DNA of 64,000 nucleotides from Auanema rhodensis (GCA_964057225.1 OZ059898.1:16244001-16308000), one strand, 5' to 3'. Shown: positions 42,392 through 57,293, counted from the first letter of the stretch. The notes: a model not told the origin generated them from the letters alone. Numbers and translations are program-made.

Positions 42392-45300
42392 TTAACATTT
42401 ACCTCCATTGAGGAGAGCTTTAAGATTGTCTTGAGCATCAGCATCTAACCAGAATGAATCTTCATCATCGTGCATACAGTATGCACCAGATTCATGAAAT
42501 CCACGAGGACATTGCGAAACTGGAAATACATATAGTCAATAAATTTTTATCTGGAATTGCATATTGCAAAGTAAGGAATATAAAACTTACAGCATCTTCC
42601 GTATAATAGCATTCCGTCCTTACATTGACACTGAGCGACGTTTTTATCACTCTTTCTCTTTTCGCAATACGTATTTGGACATCTGGATGAGCATTCAATG
42701 TCTGTGGAACATCCATACTCTCCTGGCCACAATTTCCTTAACAATATAATTATGATATAAGTACAAAAAAAGATATTTCTTACATTCTACATACACCGTT
42801 AATACATTTTTCATTGGGTAAACAAGTGCTATCAGGATCAATTCCTAGATCTGTAGAGTTGGAAAGGCAATTACGAACTTGAGCAACATTGAAGAATACT
42901 ATAAAAGAAGTGAATGCATAAAAAATACCAATAAATGCTTACATGGCTGATCAGTAATATTTCCTGTTGGAGCAAAGATTGGACGTCTTCTAGCAGTTGA
43001 AAAGACAAATCTGGAAAAAAAACAGTCCCTTAGAAAGTGCTCAGTATACTTACTTGCAAGGAGATCCGTACTGATCACATCCATTTCTAGCAATGGTAAG
43101 AACATTTGGTGGCATACGGATACATGATGCCCCGTTGGAAGATGAACCACTACTGCAAGCACATACACCTTGAACACACTGAGAACATCCATTGTCATAT
43201 CCATTACATTGGGTGGATGCTTGACATGTTGATCCAGGAACTTGATTGTATATAGTTGTAGCTAAAATAGATAAATGTCTTAAGAAGAAGAATATTTGAA
43301 GTCTTACCTGAGCTGCAACATGTTCCCATAGCACAAGATGATCCAGTTGGACATACACTATTGGCTGAACATTGGCAAATAGCTGTAGATCTTTGAGGGC
43401 AAACTGGCTCCATTGAAAGTGGGCAGCATCCTCCTAATGGAGTACATCCATACCCAGGAGGACACTCTGTACCACGGTTACAACGTTGAGCCGATCGTCC
43501 GCCGTTTGGACACAAAGGTAAAGGTTCTTGGCAACATCCTCGTCCTTCACATACATATCCTATTGGGCAAGAATTTCCAGTTCCACACACGGATGCAGCA
43601 ATAGATCCAGTAGAACACATTGGTATCGGGCAACAAACTCCATTTTCGCATTGCTAAAGAAAAAATAAGAAAAATACTGGATTTTAACCCTCTTACATGA
43701 CCAGGAGAGCAACCAATGCCCATTTGGCATCTCTGAGATGCAATCAAACCGGAAGGACACCTTGGCAATGGACAGCAGCCACCATTGATGCATTCAGACC
43801 CGCTGGAACATGCTCCTGTACAAGCAGATAAGGCAACAATTCCTAAGAAAATACAATAATTAAAAAAAAATTATAACTTTTTTGAATGGTACCTGATGGG
43901 CATTGAGGAAGTGGACAACAACCTCCATTCATACATGAATGGCCTGATGGACAGCAGTTAGTGCAACCTCCTGAGCAACTGAAAAGTTTTGAAAAGTAAT
44001 ATGGGAAAAGGAATGAAGATAAGTACCGTTGAGTACTGACAACATTATTGGAACACATTGGTAACGGACAACAAGCTCCATCAGCACATTCAACTCCAAC
44101 ACGGCCACAGTCAAGAGTTCTTGAGCAAACACCTGAAGAAAACAAGAAGTAAATGAGTAATACCATAAATCTGTTCGTACCAAGAGAAATAATTCCATTT
44201 GGACATCTAGGAAGTGGACAGCATAATCCGTCAAGACATGACAAACCAGATCCACAAATACGTCCTTTAGTGCAACGAGAAGCTGCTTGAACACCGGTAG
44301 GGCAGAAAGGATTAGGACAGCATCCACCGTTAGAGCATTCCATTTTAGGTCCACATTCCTAAAAGTAAGCAGAGTTAAATAAGAGATTGAAGTTGAAATA
44401 TCAATTTAAAGAACTTACTGAATCAACATAACAACGTTTATTACTCTGTTGTCCGTTACTACATACAGGAAGCTTGATGTTTTCTTGGCAGCAAGAGCCA
44501 TGCTGCTTGAAGCATTGACCAGTCCCACAAGATCCAGAAGCACAAAATCCTACTGGGTTCTATAAGAACAATATTAGTATCAATATCAAACAAATAATTA
44601 AAAAATACCATTCCAGATGGGCAGGACAAAGGACAACATGCTCCTTGATAACAAGCTAATCCATTTCCACATCCATTTCCACAAGGTGTAGTGGCTGGTG
44701 ATCCATCTAGAATGCAATATAAGCTATTAATTTCTCATCTTTTATATTATTACTTGGACAAAGTAAAACAACATTGTAAACAATATCAGTTGATGGTTGA
44801 GTAGCTGATGGACAGCACATATTCATTGCTTGATTACATAATGTTCCACTAGGGCACGAGCCACATACTCCAACAGGAGGAGAATATGATCCTGGGCATA
44901 AAGCTGAAATGAATTTTGCAAATAAAGAAAAAATCTTTTTTTTTTCATTATTAACAACCGCCGGAATTGAATGTAAAATTCGAAAAATTATTCTATGAGC
45001 TATTGAAAAATCATGTGAGTACCACGCTTTTATGAAAATCAACCAAAATTCTTACTAATTTGAATAGTTGGTTGAGCTGGTTGATTAATGTTACCAACAG
45101 GTAATGGACAACATCCAATTCCGGGAGCGCATGTGGAGTCTGTAAACTATCTTTATAGACAATCCGAAATAATAGTTTGAACAAACATTGAGGACAAGTT
45201 TCTGTACACGACGCCAATGGAGCAATATGCGATCCAGGACAAACTGAAATCAACAAGTTTTCTTTCTTATTCTATCTATTTTTTGAAAAGGCGGTTTAAG

Positions 45301-46948
45301 GACTTCTCAAATAGAAAAGTGAACCAAGAACTTTCAATCTGTATTGGAAGGTGTTTCACTTACGAGGTGCTTGATTCTGGATGAAATTTCCTGTGATAAC
45401 ATCAGTTCGTTGACAACAAACATTCTGAAACAATTATTATAGAAATATGATAGTTATTAAAAAGTTTTTACGTTTTGACATGTGGTTACACCTGGGCAGG
45501 AATTTGAAACTGCTGCTTGGGCACAGCTACATACAGGAATCTGAAGTAACTTATTGCGCATAACCATATATATTTAATATATAAAGAGACCTGTTGTGAT
45601 CCGCATGCATTTTGAGAAGCAAGTGGAATACAGACAGCAGCATTAGAATCAAATACAGTACCAGTAGCGCAAGGTAACCGTTGCCATTCACCACAACCAG
45701 CACTAGAAATATTTTTTTGTAAAAGTATAATATGCAACAGAAATCATACGTAGTAGATTGTGCAGCACATTGAAGGAAATAAGCATTACTTGCTGTATCT
45801 CGTTGAAGTTGAGCTGTTAACCAATTACATGGAGAACCAACCAATGGATTGGTGTTTGCAGCTAAATTATTATTTTGGATCAGATTTACATGTATAAACT
45901 ACCTGAACAAGGTGTTTGACATCCGTTCGTGTTAGGATTCTGACTACAAGTCGCTTGTTGTCGTCGGAAAGTTTTTCGATCAACACAACGTTGCTTTCCT
46001 TCATCAAATTCGTGTCCTTGAGGACAATCTCGAAGGTTCCAAACTCCCAGATACTTATTCTTCAAGCTATATCCTTCGATCTATGTATTTACTAAATAAG
46101 TTTGCCTAATAGTTAAATGAAAACCTCTTCTTTTCCCAGTGGAGAACATTCGTAAAACTGGGATGAGTTATCGGCTTTTCGAAAATGCTCAACTGTCATA
46201 CAAACATGTCCAGACGCAACGTTAGCTTCTATAATTAAAACTTAACAGATAAAGAGAAAAACTATGAATTTCAAGTGTTTGTTCTGCTTCCAAAAAAGCT
46301 GATCCATATTTTTCAAAAAATAAAAACGTTAAGCTAAAGCTTAGCATATAGAAGTAAGTCTAGTTTTGATTTTTGAACTATTAAAAGAAAAATACGACAG
46401 TTTGAAAAGCGAAAAGGAAACAGGTAAAAATCCCAAATTCTCATGTTTCTTATGCATTTTTTCTTTGGAATACAACAAAAAAAAGAAAACAATTGCCGTT
46501 CATTTGTTCACAATACCAAACAGAAGGAACATCTGATCTATTTGTTCTTGTAATTTTAAAATGAACATAAGAGAAAAAGCTCAAATAAGAAAATGAGAGA
46601 GAAACAATGTTGAAGATGGAAAATGTACTCTAAAGATTAGACAAAATCTGAAAGAGCCGACTCAAAAGGCCTTGATAATAGATGAATCGGGACAACAAAC
46701 ACTGAATATACCAATGTATTTCATTTCATTTCTTATAAATTCTTGAAAATGAAATGTCCAAGTTCAATAATACAATTAGATGAACATATTTAGAAAAAAA
46801 AATTGTGTATTATGGAACAAACAATTGAGAAGAAAATGTGTTTTTGAGATGAAACGAGATAAATATGGAATGAAAATTCATTGTTAGACTTACCATTTGA
46901 TGAGGCTATTTGAAAATGTGCAAATAGTAAATAGAATATTAAGAACAT
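42392..46948 (-). CDS. Secreted cysteine-rich extracellular-matrix-type protein: chitin-binding type-2-like modules, many CC/Cys-rich repeats, C-terminal EB-like modules
   Basis: Signal exon MFLIFYLLFAHFQIASSN. ChtBD2-like segments SQFYECSP...DCPQGHEFDEGKQRC and YFLQCA...LPCATGTVFDSNAAVC. Tandem C-x-x-G...C..G.CCPLP.C repeats. C-terminal PGEYGCSTDIECSSRC...QCQC..G...YGRCF. Stop at 42392-42394. Confidence 0.88.
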
Positions 46949-49900
46949 TATAGAATAATATTTCGTTTAGAACTTGAGAGTATGATGATGATGATAGACA
47001 CACTACTAATAGGTTTCTGTTAGTTTCAGAACACAGAACCTTCTCTTTCCGGAGAACTGTCCGGTTGAAACGGTATTTATGTACCGCGTTCAACAGACTA
47101 GACTGGACAACCGGTCTGAAGCTGAGGAGCGCGACGTGCCCCTAGGCAATAGCACTGTTATTTCTCTGGTACTCTACGCCTGATTTTCGCATCTCTCGAC
47201 CTTTGCTCATGAGTTCTTCGGAACTCTCCAATAGTCTGTCTGATTTTCTTCAGGGGTATAGTGTCAGAAATGTTCATTTTTTGATCTCTAGGTACAACTT
47301 GAAGACCATTTTCACTGATAATCAACCTGAAATCTCTCGATCAAACTCCAGATTTATGATGTCATCTGAATTTATTTAGATAGTCTTCATGTGCTTCGTC
47401 ATAATTCTTTGAGTTTGCTTCCGTATGATGATGATGCAGTTGATGACATGGAAGACTGGATTCACTTTAAAGTCACTTTGATTACTCATCCTAGCTTCAT
47501 GCGTGAGTCATAATTGCTAAAAACTTTCCGTATATTATATGTATCTTTCAGAATATATTTAAAATCTATGGCAAACAGACAACTTCAGAAAATAATTTTC
47601 TTTAGAAGAACAGAATAATTATTTTTATTTTAAAATATTAAGAAAAAACGATTCATATATTACAAGTATAATTTAATTTTAATTCTTATTAAAAATACAA
47701 ATTATGATTAGAAAGTAAAATTTAAATTGTAATATTAACAATGAATATCAAAATATTTACAATTTTGTAGTTAAAATTATGAAAAATACAAAAACAATTT
47801 ATTTGAATTGTAGTTTTTCTAATTTAATAATACTTATTAATATAGAAAAAAATAATGATTATCTAATTTTATTATATAAAATATTAATAAATCAATTTGA
47901 AATTTATTTAATTTATTAACTATATTTATATATTTTATATTGAAATAAATATTTTACATATATGTATGTATGTATGTGTATCTATGTACATGTATAGATA
48001 TCTTAATTGATTTTTTTTCTTCTTCTTTACAATAAAATTGTACTTATAAGCAAGTAATTTATATATTTCATATCTAAAAATTATTATTTTTTTTCTTTTG
48101 TACTGTAAATTTATAACCAAATTTAGAGCAAATACTATATTATGTTATCAAATGATATTTTGATTTTCGTCTCGAAAAAAAAAGTAAAGAAATTGTTATT
48201 GTTTACGTTTCTTTTGACTATTCGTTTCGATTTCTGAACAATGAAAATTAAGCTCATTTTTCGATGTAAATCTGACTAAACTAATAGTAAATTTGATGAA
48301 AAAACAACATTTCCGAATAACAGTTGCACCATTTACAATTTGAGCCACACATACGCAGAATTCTGAATATTGCTCAAGGTCACTTCAACTGTAATTTCAT
48401 CACCTAGTTCTCTCTATGGTCTCACTCTCTCCCTCTCTCTTCATCTTTTGCAACCGTTTTCATTTTTAACGAATTTATATGAAAAGAACATCTGTTTAAC
48501 TAATTGCTCTATTACAGCTGACACCATCTAATATATCATTTTTTACTTTCAATTTTCAATTTAAATGTTATAAGTTGATAGTTAAAATTATTTTTATTAT
48601 ATTCATATAAAAGTTATAAATATTATATAAAATAATTTCTATTCTTTTCATATAATCAAAATAAAGATTCTAAGATAATCATGTATGAAGAAATAGGAAA
48701 TTAAAAGCTTATAAAGTTTTGAACCTAATCGTTATAGGTTTATACCATAATTAAGAATAATAACTATCTTTATTGACTGTATTCATGTATATCTAACCCA
48801 TTTAATGGTAGCGCAAACCTTATGAACTCTTTTGTAAAATCTTTACCATCCTTTCCTTCACTCATTCTTTCTCTGTTTCCTCCTTTTCAAGACATGTTTG
48901 CAATCCGACCTGCTTCTTATTGGCCCATTTATGGAAGTGAAAACGATGAATAATGTTCTTTTCGAAAATTTCAACTTTTCACTCGCAATACATTACCTTA
49001 GATTCCGTTCTCACCTTCATCAAGTTATTTCAGTTGAATAGGCCTTCTTCTGGCACTACATCTTATAACTTTTCATAGAAATTATATTTTCTCCTTGATG
49101 TTTTATGTCTATTTAAAACCTTTTTGTACTATTTATTTCAGTTTAATCATCTTTTTACTTTCAAAATAAACATATATCTATCTATCTAACTATATCTATA
49201 TGAATACATTAAAATGATTTCTGACTGTCTATGCTTCTATATTCGTGTTCAATATACAAACATTCATTCATTCATTCATACATTCATACATACATATATT
49301 AGCCAAGACAACATATATATATTTATATAAAATTGTGAACGAATCTTCTATTTAGCTCAAGTTTTTATACTCTAATTCTTTTTCTAATACTATGCATTTT
49401 AAAAGTTCAACCACATTAGGACATGTCATTTACAATATTTTGCAATATCAATGAGCTAAAAGAGATGAGAGATGTGCAAATGAAACACAATATGCTCTTC
49501 ATTCTTTTACAACTAAATCTATTCATTCTCATCTATATCATTATCCAAATTTTATTTTTTTATTTCATTTAATTTCCCTTGAAACTGCTTTGTTTTTGAC
49601 TAATTGTGTGAATACTGTTTTCATATAATTCCCCGAATAATAAAGTTCGTTCAATCAAATTCAGTTATTGACACTTAGCTCTCAATCATATCGTGGTACT
49701 AAGGCTCAAAAGAGCTGCTTATACATAACATAACCAACTAAATAAATAAATTTCTTTTCTACATCAATCAATTATTCTCGTATTTCGTGTCTCCAATCTC
49801 ATATCTATAATTTCCATTTACGAAATATTATTTTTGTTCAGAAAAAAGACTGAAAACGCTGCAAATCTTTTAGAATACAATATAAATTGGGAAGACTGAT

Positions 49901-50969
49901 AGCATATTTCATATTTCAGCTGACAAAAATGTTCTAAACTGTTGTCTTTTCATATTTTTTCTTTTACAAATTCTGTTTTCAATATTCTTGTCAGTTCTTT
50001 GTTGTATTTCAGTTGTGGAATTAAGGAAATCAACAAAAACGAAATAATCATTATAGAAATAGGTATGCAGTATCTATGGAAACCAGTAGAGTGAAGCAAA
50101 AATTTTCATTGGAAGGCTGTTCTTCAAGCTGCTCATACCCATAATTACAATAACTTTTTATCATAATACCCATTTATATTTGAAAACTCAAAATATTTCA
50201 AATGGTTAATATCCACTGAATACATTAGATTATATAAATGTTATAAACTATATATTATAGTTAAATTGTTATAGTTTTAAATAGATTACGATTTTTAATA
50301 ATATAAATTTTCTAAAATTAAATTTTTCTTTTTATATTTTCTAAGCTGATTAAATAATGATTTGTGTTGGAAGTATTAAGCTAGACTTTTGTGTTTAACC
50401 TGGATTCATATATTGTTTGTCTTACTGACTAACATATATAACTTTTATATTTAAATTAAAAGAATTATATATAAATATATATTTTTATAATTTATAATTC
50501 TTAATAATATTTTATCCTATTCATATTCTTTTTATTGTTACTGCTGACCAGCTATTCTTCTCTCTAATACTAATTAAGTCATATTGAACAGACAAGAGAA
50601 GTGTACAAAAAAACTCAAAAAAGTTATTTGAATAGATGAAGAAAAAGAAGAAAAAAGAAGATGAAAAACAATAAAAGATGCATGGTCATATTAGCTGTCC
50701 ATATTCTGTGGGAAAATATTATTTTCTCTTTATCAACTCATTTATTTCTTCAACTATCGTCTTAGTATTCATTCTGTAGGAATTTTCATATCTTATTCTT
50801 TTAGCTTTGAATGAGCTAATAATTCTGTTTAGAAGAATACACTTTTTGTTTTTTTTTGTTTTTTTTTTCAAATAATATATATTCGTTATTCTGAATTCAA
50901 AATAATTTTACTTTTATTCCAATATTTTGTCTCATAATCGTTGATTGATCTATCATTTATATGAGCCCA

Positions 50970-51001
<32 letters not shown>

Positions 51002-53058
51002 GTCATCCAATCGCTCTTTCTCTTTCTCGTTATTGCTTTGGGTTTGAAATCAAAGCTCTGTTTCATTTAGTAATAATAAAAGTATTTTTTTTTAAAATAA
51101 AATAATACTAAATCGGACAAATATAATCCGGTTTCTTTGACATTCTTTTAATTTTCAAAGGCTATTCTACCTGTTTACTAGCAATGAGGACTTTTCTGTC
51201 ATTTTTCTTTTAAATCTCAAAGCTTAACTTATCTCAATGACGTAATTGCAAATAGGATTTATTCATCTATGTGTAAGAAAACTGTAATCATTCTAAATAT
51301 TCATTATTAAAAGAAAAATACTTATTCCTCTAAAGTTTTTATATTTTCTAATATTTCTAATTCCCATAGGAAATTATAACTTGGAGTTGTAAAGCTTAGC
51401 TGACTAGTTTTTTCAAACAATTAATTGAAATATGTGGTGAAATGATATGCTTTTCAACAAAATAAATATTTTTTGTATCAACTGATCCACAAGTTTCAAA
51501 GGTTAAAAAGCATTCCACAAGTGCAGTTTAAGTTCAGTTACAAAACTAAGTTATATACTCAAAAGTACAAGTATTGCAAACTTCAATATCCGAACTGATG
51601 AGTTAAGGATGAAAAAAGCTTTAAAAAGACAAGTTTTCTGCAAAGTTGTATTAATACAATTATAATTTTATAATAAATATATGAATATACTATGTACATA
51701 TATATATATATATAAATACTATATACTATAATACTTTTACTATAAGAAAAAAAAACTTTATCTACTAAACCAATACTGGTTCGATTTTATTTCAAATAAA
51801 ATTCTGCTGCACAGCTGGCTAGTCAAAGAGAGATAGATGTAAACGGAGCTCAATCTAATCAACAAGATATTCATGTATTAAACTAGCTTTCATTTATTTT
51901 ATCCAATTCTCTCTTCTTTTTCCTAGATCTTTATAAGTTTCTTTATTTTGTGTATTCACATATACATACATTCATGTGAACGTCTCTCTCATCTTCTCAA
52001 CTCTTTTCATTTTTTTTAAAATCATTTTCTGATAAGAATTTTATATTCTCATGAATATTGATATTAGCGAATTTTTCTCCTTTTTTGTTTAAGAAAAGTA
52101 AAAATAGACTGACAATCTTTCACCAACATTTTCCAATCAAAAAATAATTTGGAAACATAGACAGTCAATTTCATGGGTATTTCATTATTTTCATCAAGGC
52201 ATTATAATGCGAAAAAGCTTTAATCACTAAAAATTTAAAAGAAATAAGAATTTCGAGTAACAGAAAATATAGGAAAAGCTCTCAATTTTACTTTTGTTTG
52301 AATATACATACATATATACATTGTTTTTCAAAGTTACAAATATTGCCATTTTTCAACAAGAAGAAGCAACAGCAAAGCTTGTTATTTAGATTTTGATCCT
52401 AACAGAGCGATTTATTTTAGTTAAAACACATATACATATAATATATAAAAACTTTTATATATATATATATATTACGTTTTTTATTATATTTCTATCTGAG
52501 TTTTCATAATTTAATTTATTTTTTAATAAAACATGTACAAGAGGTAATGCGAATATCTAATTTTGATTACCGCTTTTTCTCTCACATAATCTGTATGAAT
52601 CTCATTTCATTAGCTTTGGTGTTGAAATTGTTTGAATTTTACATTTATGTTCACTCTTCGATTCTCATGTTCCATCTTTATCTTCCTCGTCCTCTGATGT
52701 TTGGTCGATTCTCCTTGTGTTACATTGGAACGCATGACTTCATGTGTACTTCCTCTCTGAAGATGTATCTAATGCCGTCTCTCTTTTCACTCATTTGCCC
52801 TATTTGATTCATAACCTTCTTGTCATTTCAAAGATTTGTTGCCATCAGTTTAGATTCTGAATTCTAATTCTCTTAGGCATTTCCTTTGCATTTTTCTGTA
52901 CTTTTATATGTTTTTTCCATCTTCCTTTTTTCTTTTGAATATTGAACATCACATTGTTCTGCTAGTGAACTATTCCAACTTTTAAGCTTTTTTTTCTCAC
53001 AAAAAATAAGGTCAGCAGTTGTTTTCCTAGGCTGAACGAGTATTTTCAGCACGAGAAT

Positions 53059-53080
53059 TGACTAGATGTGTACTCAAATC
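53059..53080 (+). ncRNA. Candidate miR-279/mir-44/mir-61 family microRNA-like sequence
   Basis: TGACTAGATGTGTACTCAAATC has the family 5' end (UGACUAGA) and the ACUCA core. It pairs imperfectly with an upstream arm (CTGA..GAGTA) and with a downstream TCTAGTCA (53145-53152). Confidence 0.25.
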
Positions 53081-53775
53081 AGTGTCCTTGCTTATCATGT
53101 ACAACATATTGTTGGACAGTTGCATACAGCTGACGTACCTATTGTCTAGTCACGTCCAAGACCTCGAGACTTTGTAATTTGATTTACTCTTCTATCGTTC
53201 CAATAATTTTTATTCTTTAATATTTTCAATAAATTCATAAAAGAAAAGATAGAAGAATGAATTGACTTTATAATTTGGTTTATCTTCTTATGATCTGATA
53301 ATCAAAATGTTTTCAAATATAATTTCATTGATTATTTTAAAATTTTGAATAATCATCTATTTATTCAATCTCAATTTATTTAGTTGTGGTTCATCGAGTT
53401 GTTCTGTAACCACAATTTTTTTGTTTCGTTAGTTAGACTTGAACAAAATCACATTTCCTTTGAAAAAGGGAACATTATCCCGATAGCATACACTTAAGCA
53501 TCCAAGTTTTTTTTACGAAAATTCCTACGCTGGAAAATGCTTCAATTTATTTTTCAGCTTTTATACATATGGGATATACATATTCTGTATATTATGTAAA
53601 TGTGTAAATTATGTGTTCAATTGATTAATTTATTCATTTATAAAACTTTTATATTTAAATCTTCATTTAATTATATTCAAATGCTCAATCATCAAATAAA
53701 TATTGTATTTTGCAATACTTACATATTCATTATGATCTTTAATTGCAGTAATTTCCCTTTTACCTCATTATTTTT

Positions 53776-53779
<4 letters not shown>

Positions 53780-53814
<35 letters not shown>
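53780..53814. repeat. (CT)n microsatellite (another lies at ~50976-51001)
   Basis: Visible directly in the sequence. Confidence 0.9.
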
Positions 53815-53816
<2 letters not shown>

Positions 53817-56354
53817 TTCTTTCAACCAATCCTTCTTTTCGATTTTCTGTCCTTTTCCTTTTACGCTTACACTATCTCTTCTTCCTTCATCGCTTTTACT
53901 CTGTATTCATTATTCCTTTTAGAATATCCTGGAACAAGATATACAAAAGAATTTCCTCAAAGAAAATTCTCTCACTTTGGCTTTTCTCGATTTGCCTCCT
54001 CTAGATTCCCGCCTGATTGCTCGCCTGTTCACGCCTGGCCACACATTGGATTCTTCGTCATCATCTTCTTTCTCGAAATATTTGGAATTTCAAGCAAGCC
54101 AAAATTAAATTTCGAAACTTCAACTCGCACGACTTATATGCTGCTTTATCAGTCAAAACTTCATGTGGGGCTTTTTTCTTAGCAAAAACGTCTTGCTTCT
54201 AGTCGTTATTTTCTCATTAAGGCAACGCAAAGCTTTGATGTCTATACGATTTATGCGCAGCGGGGTGTGTCGACTTGTCAAAAAGCATTAAGTTTTCCGC
54301 AGTTTTCTTCCATCCTTGACTCCCTCTTACTTTGAGTATTAGCGTCTCCACTTCTTTTTTTGTTCATGATTTCATACATTTAGCTAAGTAAATACAAATT
54401 TTTATTCAAAAAATACACACATATATATATATATAGTATATAATATATAGTAAAGTATAATATAATATTCATATTACCTCATTTTTTCTTTTCTATTTTT
54501 ATATTCCTATATATATAGAGAGAGAGAGAGAGAGATAAAAAAGATTTAAATTCTTTATATAGTAAGGTCATTTGTTTTTGAATGTACTTTTTTTTTGCAA
54601 ATTTAATTTATTCATATAAAATATAAATTTTTTCTCCAAAACTATTATTTATTTTATATTTTTTTCTACTTAGTTCATTGTGTATGTAGGTAATGACTTT
54701 TAGATTGAAATCGCAAAATCTTTGCTTGTGTCAGTCACAGTTTTGTTTGATAAAATCTTAAAGAAACAGTGGAACGCTTTTCATTTATTTTCTATTTTAA
54801 CTTTTCTTTTTTCTATTTTATTTGATTAATATAAATAATAATTAATATTATTTATATAATTTTATATATATTATATATCAATATGTATTCACTTTTCTCT
54901 ATTTCTCGACTTCATTCTTATCGATATTTGGTTTTATGAACTTAACAAGATTTAACCCATATACTTAAATTCTTATTCTTTAACTTCCTTTTTCTTCATT
55001 CATTTCATTTTTTATTAATCATTCTTGTACTTTTGGTTTTGTTCGTAAATTTAGAAAAGTGAAGAGAAAGAGGTGACAGAGAAAAAAAGATTTTTTCTTT
55101 AATTTTTGTACTAAAAAAAACTTTTAAGCCATTCACTCTTTTCACTCAATGAAAGTATTTTTTGCGCTAATTGACAGTTTTCATTATGATCCCTCATGTC
55201 TTTGATATTTTGACAAGCAAGTACATGAAAAGAGGAAATCGTTTTGCAGTTAACTGTTTCGAATATAAAAAAAAGGAAAAAACTCGTTTTTTTCTGATTT
55301 TTCTTCTTTGTGATACTTCGTCATTTATTGTTATCATCTATTTGCAGCTTTTTTTTCAAATTTCTCATAATTATTAATTTTCCTATTCTTTCTCTGTTTT
55401 TCTCTTTCTCTTCCCTCTTCTCTCGTATATACTTCCTCTTGTCTTCCATCGTTTGTTGTCTTATAATCGTCATCTGATGCATTTCTCACGCCTCACTTGC
55501 ATGTAGCTTACTAGAATATTCACATGACATGTTAATACTTATTATAATCAATTATGCTTTAGGATATATTAAATACTTTATATAATTAAATAATAATAAT
55601 AATCATTATTATTATTATTATTTCTTCTTTATTTGTTTTTTTTTCTCGTTTACACATCAAACTCATTTTGAACTTTTCGTCTTCTTGCCCTTTTTTCTAT
55701 TTGAAGTTAATGTTGTACTTCAAACATTCTAAGCAAAAATGATTCCTTCCCACTAGATATGATGTATTTATTTGAAAATACATATCATCATGTTTTCATT
55801 ATTCAATTTTTAAATCGAATTTAAAAAATTATTTTTCTTATTGCCTTCAATATATGTATGTCTGAATCGTAAAATCATTCGTTCACACTCGTTATGTTAG
55901 CAAACATGATCTTCCACCTCACAACCAACTTTTACTGTCAGCATTTTTTTAATTTTAAAATCATTATTATTTGAATTTTTCTTTTTTATTCTTTTTAAAG
56001 TTCTTGCTGACTATTTGACCATTTTACATTCTTGAGAAACACTCTTTCAATCATTCAACCTTGAAAATTGTGGGCAAGAGCATCTGCCTCTCATTCCCTT
56101 CTAATACATCCTCATTGTCATCATCATCGTCTTCCATGTACATACATACATACATACATTCTTCCTATCCAATATTGTTTAAAATCATTATAAATTATAT
56201 TTTCTTAACTATTATATTCAAATTAAATTATTTTTTTTTAATTTAGATTTATATAAAATTTCCTCAACTATTCATTTTTATTTCTAAGTTATATATTATA
56301 TTCCTCGTTTTCGTATAGAAATCAATATGTTGCTTACAGAATTGTAATCCTTCT

Positions 56355-57293
56355 ATGGGAGAAATTCGATCCAAATGCCAGATCAGTTTGCAATGTTCCT
56401 GTGTCTGCGTTATGGTGATTCTATCAAAATAAATATTCTTATATATCAACTGAATTCAAAACTTTTTTCTTTCAAATCTTCAGTTTCCATTCAAAAAAAA
56501 AATATTTTGTCTTTAATTGATAAAATCATTTTTCTTTTTTAGGTTATCGAAGCATTAGCCGTATCTCATGGAATAGTTTTTTCAATTGCTAATTTAATAC
56601 AAGGAGCAGAACATTATGAAGAATTATATAATTATTTTTCACAAATTGTTCTTTTTGATTATCTACTTCCTTTAACCATAATTCAGGTATTTTATATTTT
56701 CTTTTCTTTTTTATTTCTTTTTGAATTTCAGATTGTATGGGTAATTACTAATATATTGGCATTATTAGCTATTAAATTTACTGTACCATATCTTATTTTA
56801 CCTTACTCTGTTATGTCAACAGTTGCTCTTGGAGTAGTTTTTTTATTTCTTGTATTTGTTGGTATGTTTTTATATATTAAATAGAAATAATCTTAACTAT
56901 AATAATAATATATTCATTCTTATCTTAATATCTAGCTTAAATTTTTGCTATCTTCAAATACATTCGAGGTTACAAGTACATTTATAGCTGAACAATTGGT
57001 GACAAGTCCAGAATGGTCATGGCCGGGACCAGTTCTTATACTAATCTTCACCCTTTTCATTGTACTGCAGATGTACTTTAGTGGAATCAGAATACGTTGC
57101 TTCCGCTATTTGGTAAAAAGAAAAAAAGTAGGAAAACCCATGTTAATATGAACTTTAAAAATTCTTTAAGGCTGTGCAAGGAACAAGTGAAGAAAAGCCA
57201 AATGTAGCAGATAGTGATAAATTCCATTCATTCAGTAGACGATCAACTATAATCATAACTGATGAATGTTATGAACCTCCACCTAAAATATGA
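56355..57293 (+). CDS. Small nematode multi-pass (~4 TM) membrane protein of unknown function
   Basis: Exons MGEIRSKCQISLQCSCVCVM | VIEALAVSHGIVFSIANL...LPLTIIQ | IVWVITNILALLAIKF..PYLILPY... | ...WSWPGPVLILIFTLFIVLQMYFSGIRIRCFRYL | AVQG...PPPKI*. The exon 3/4 junction can be 56851>56936 or 56861>56988; both are in frame. The 5' end is uncertain. Confidence 0.75.

Noticed and set aside
43413-44354. Overlapping alternative-frame ORFs in the Cys-rich gene
   Set aside because: Shadow frames of the real Cys-repeat exons.
47620-56300. Assorted 60-134 aa ORFs in the long intergenic interval
   Set aside because: F/I/L/Y-rich composition typical of AT-rich non-coding DNA, with no coherent splice structure.
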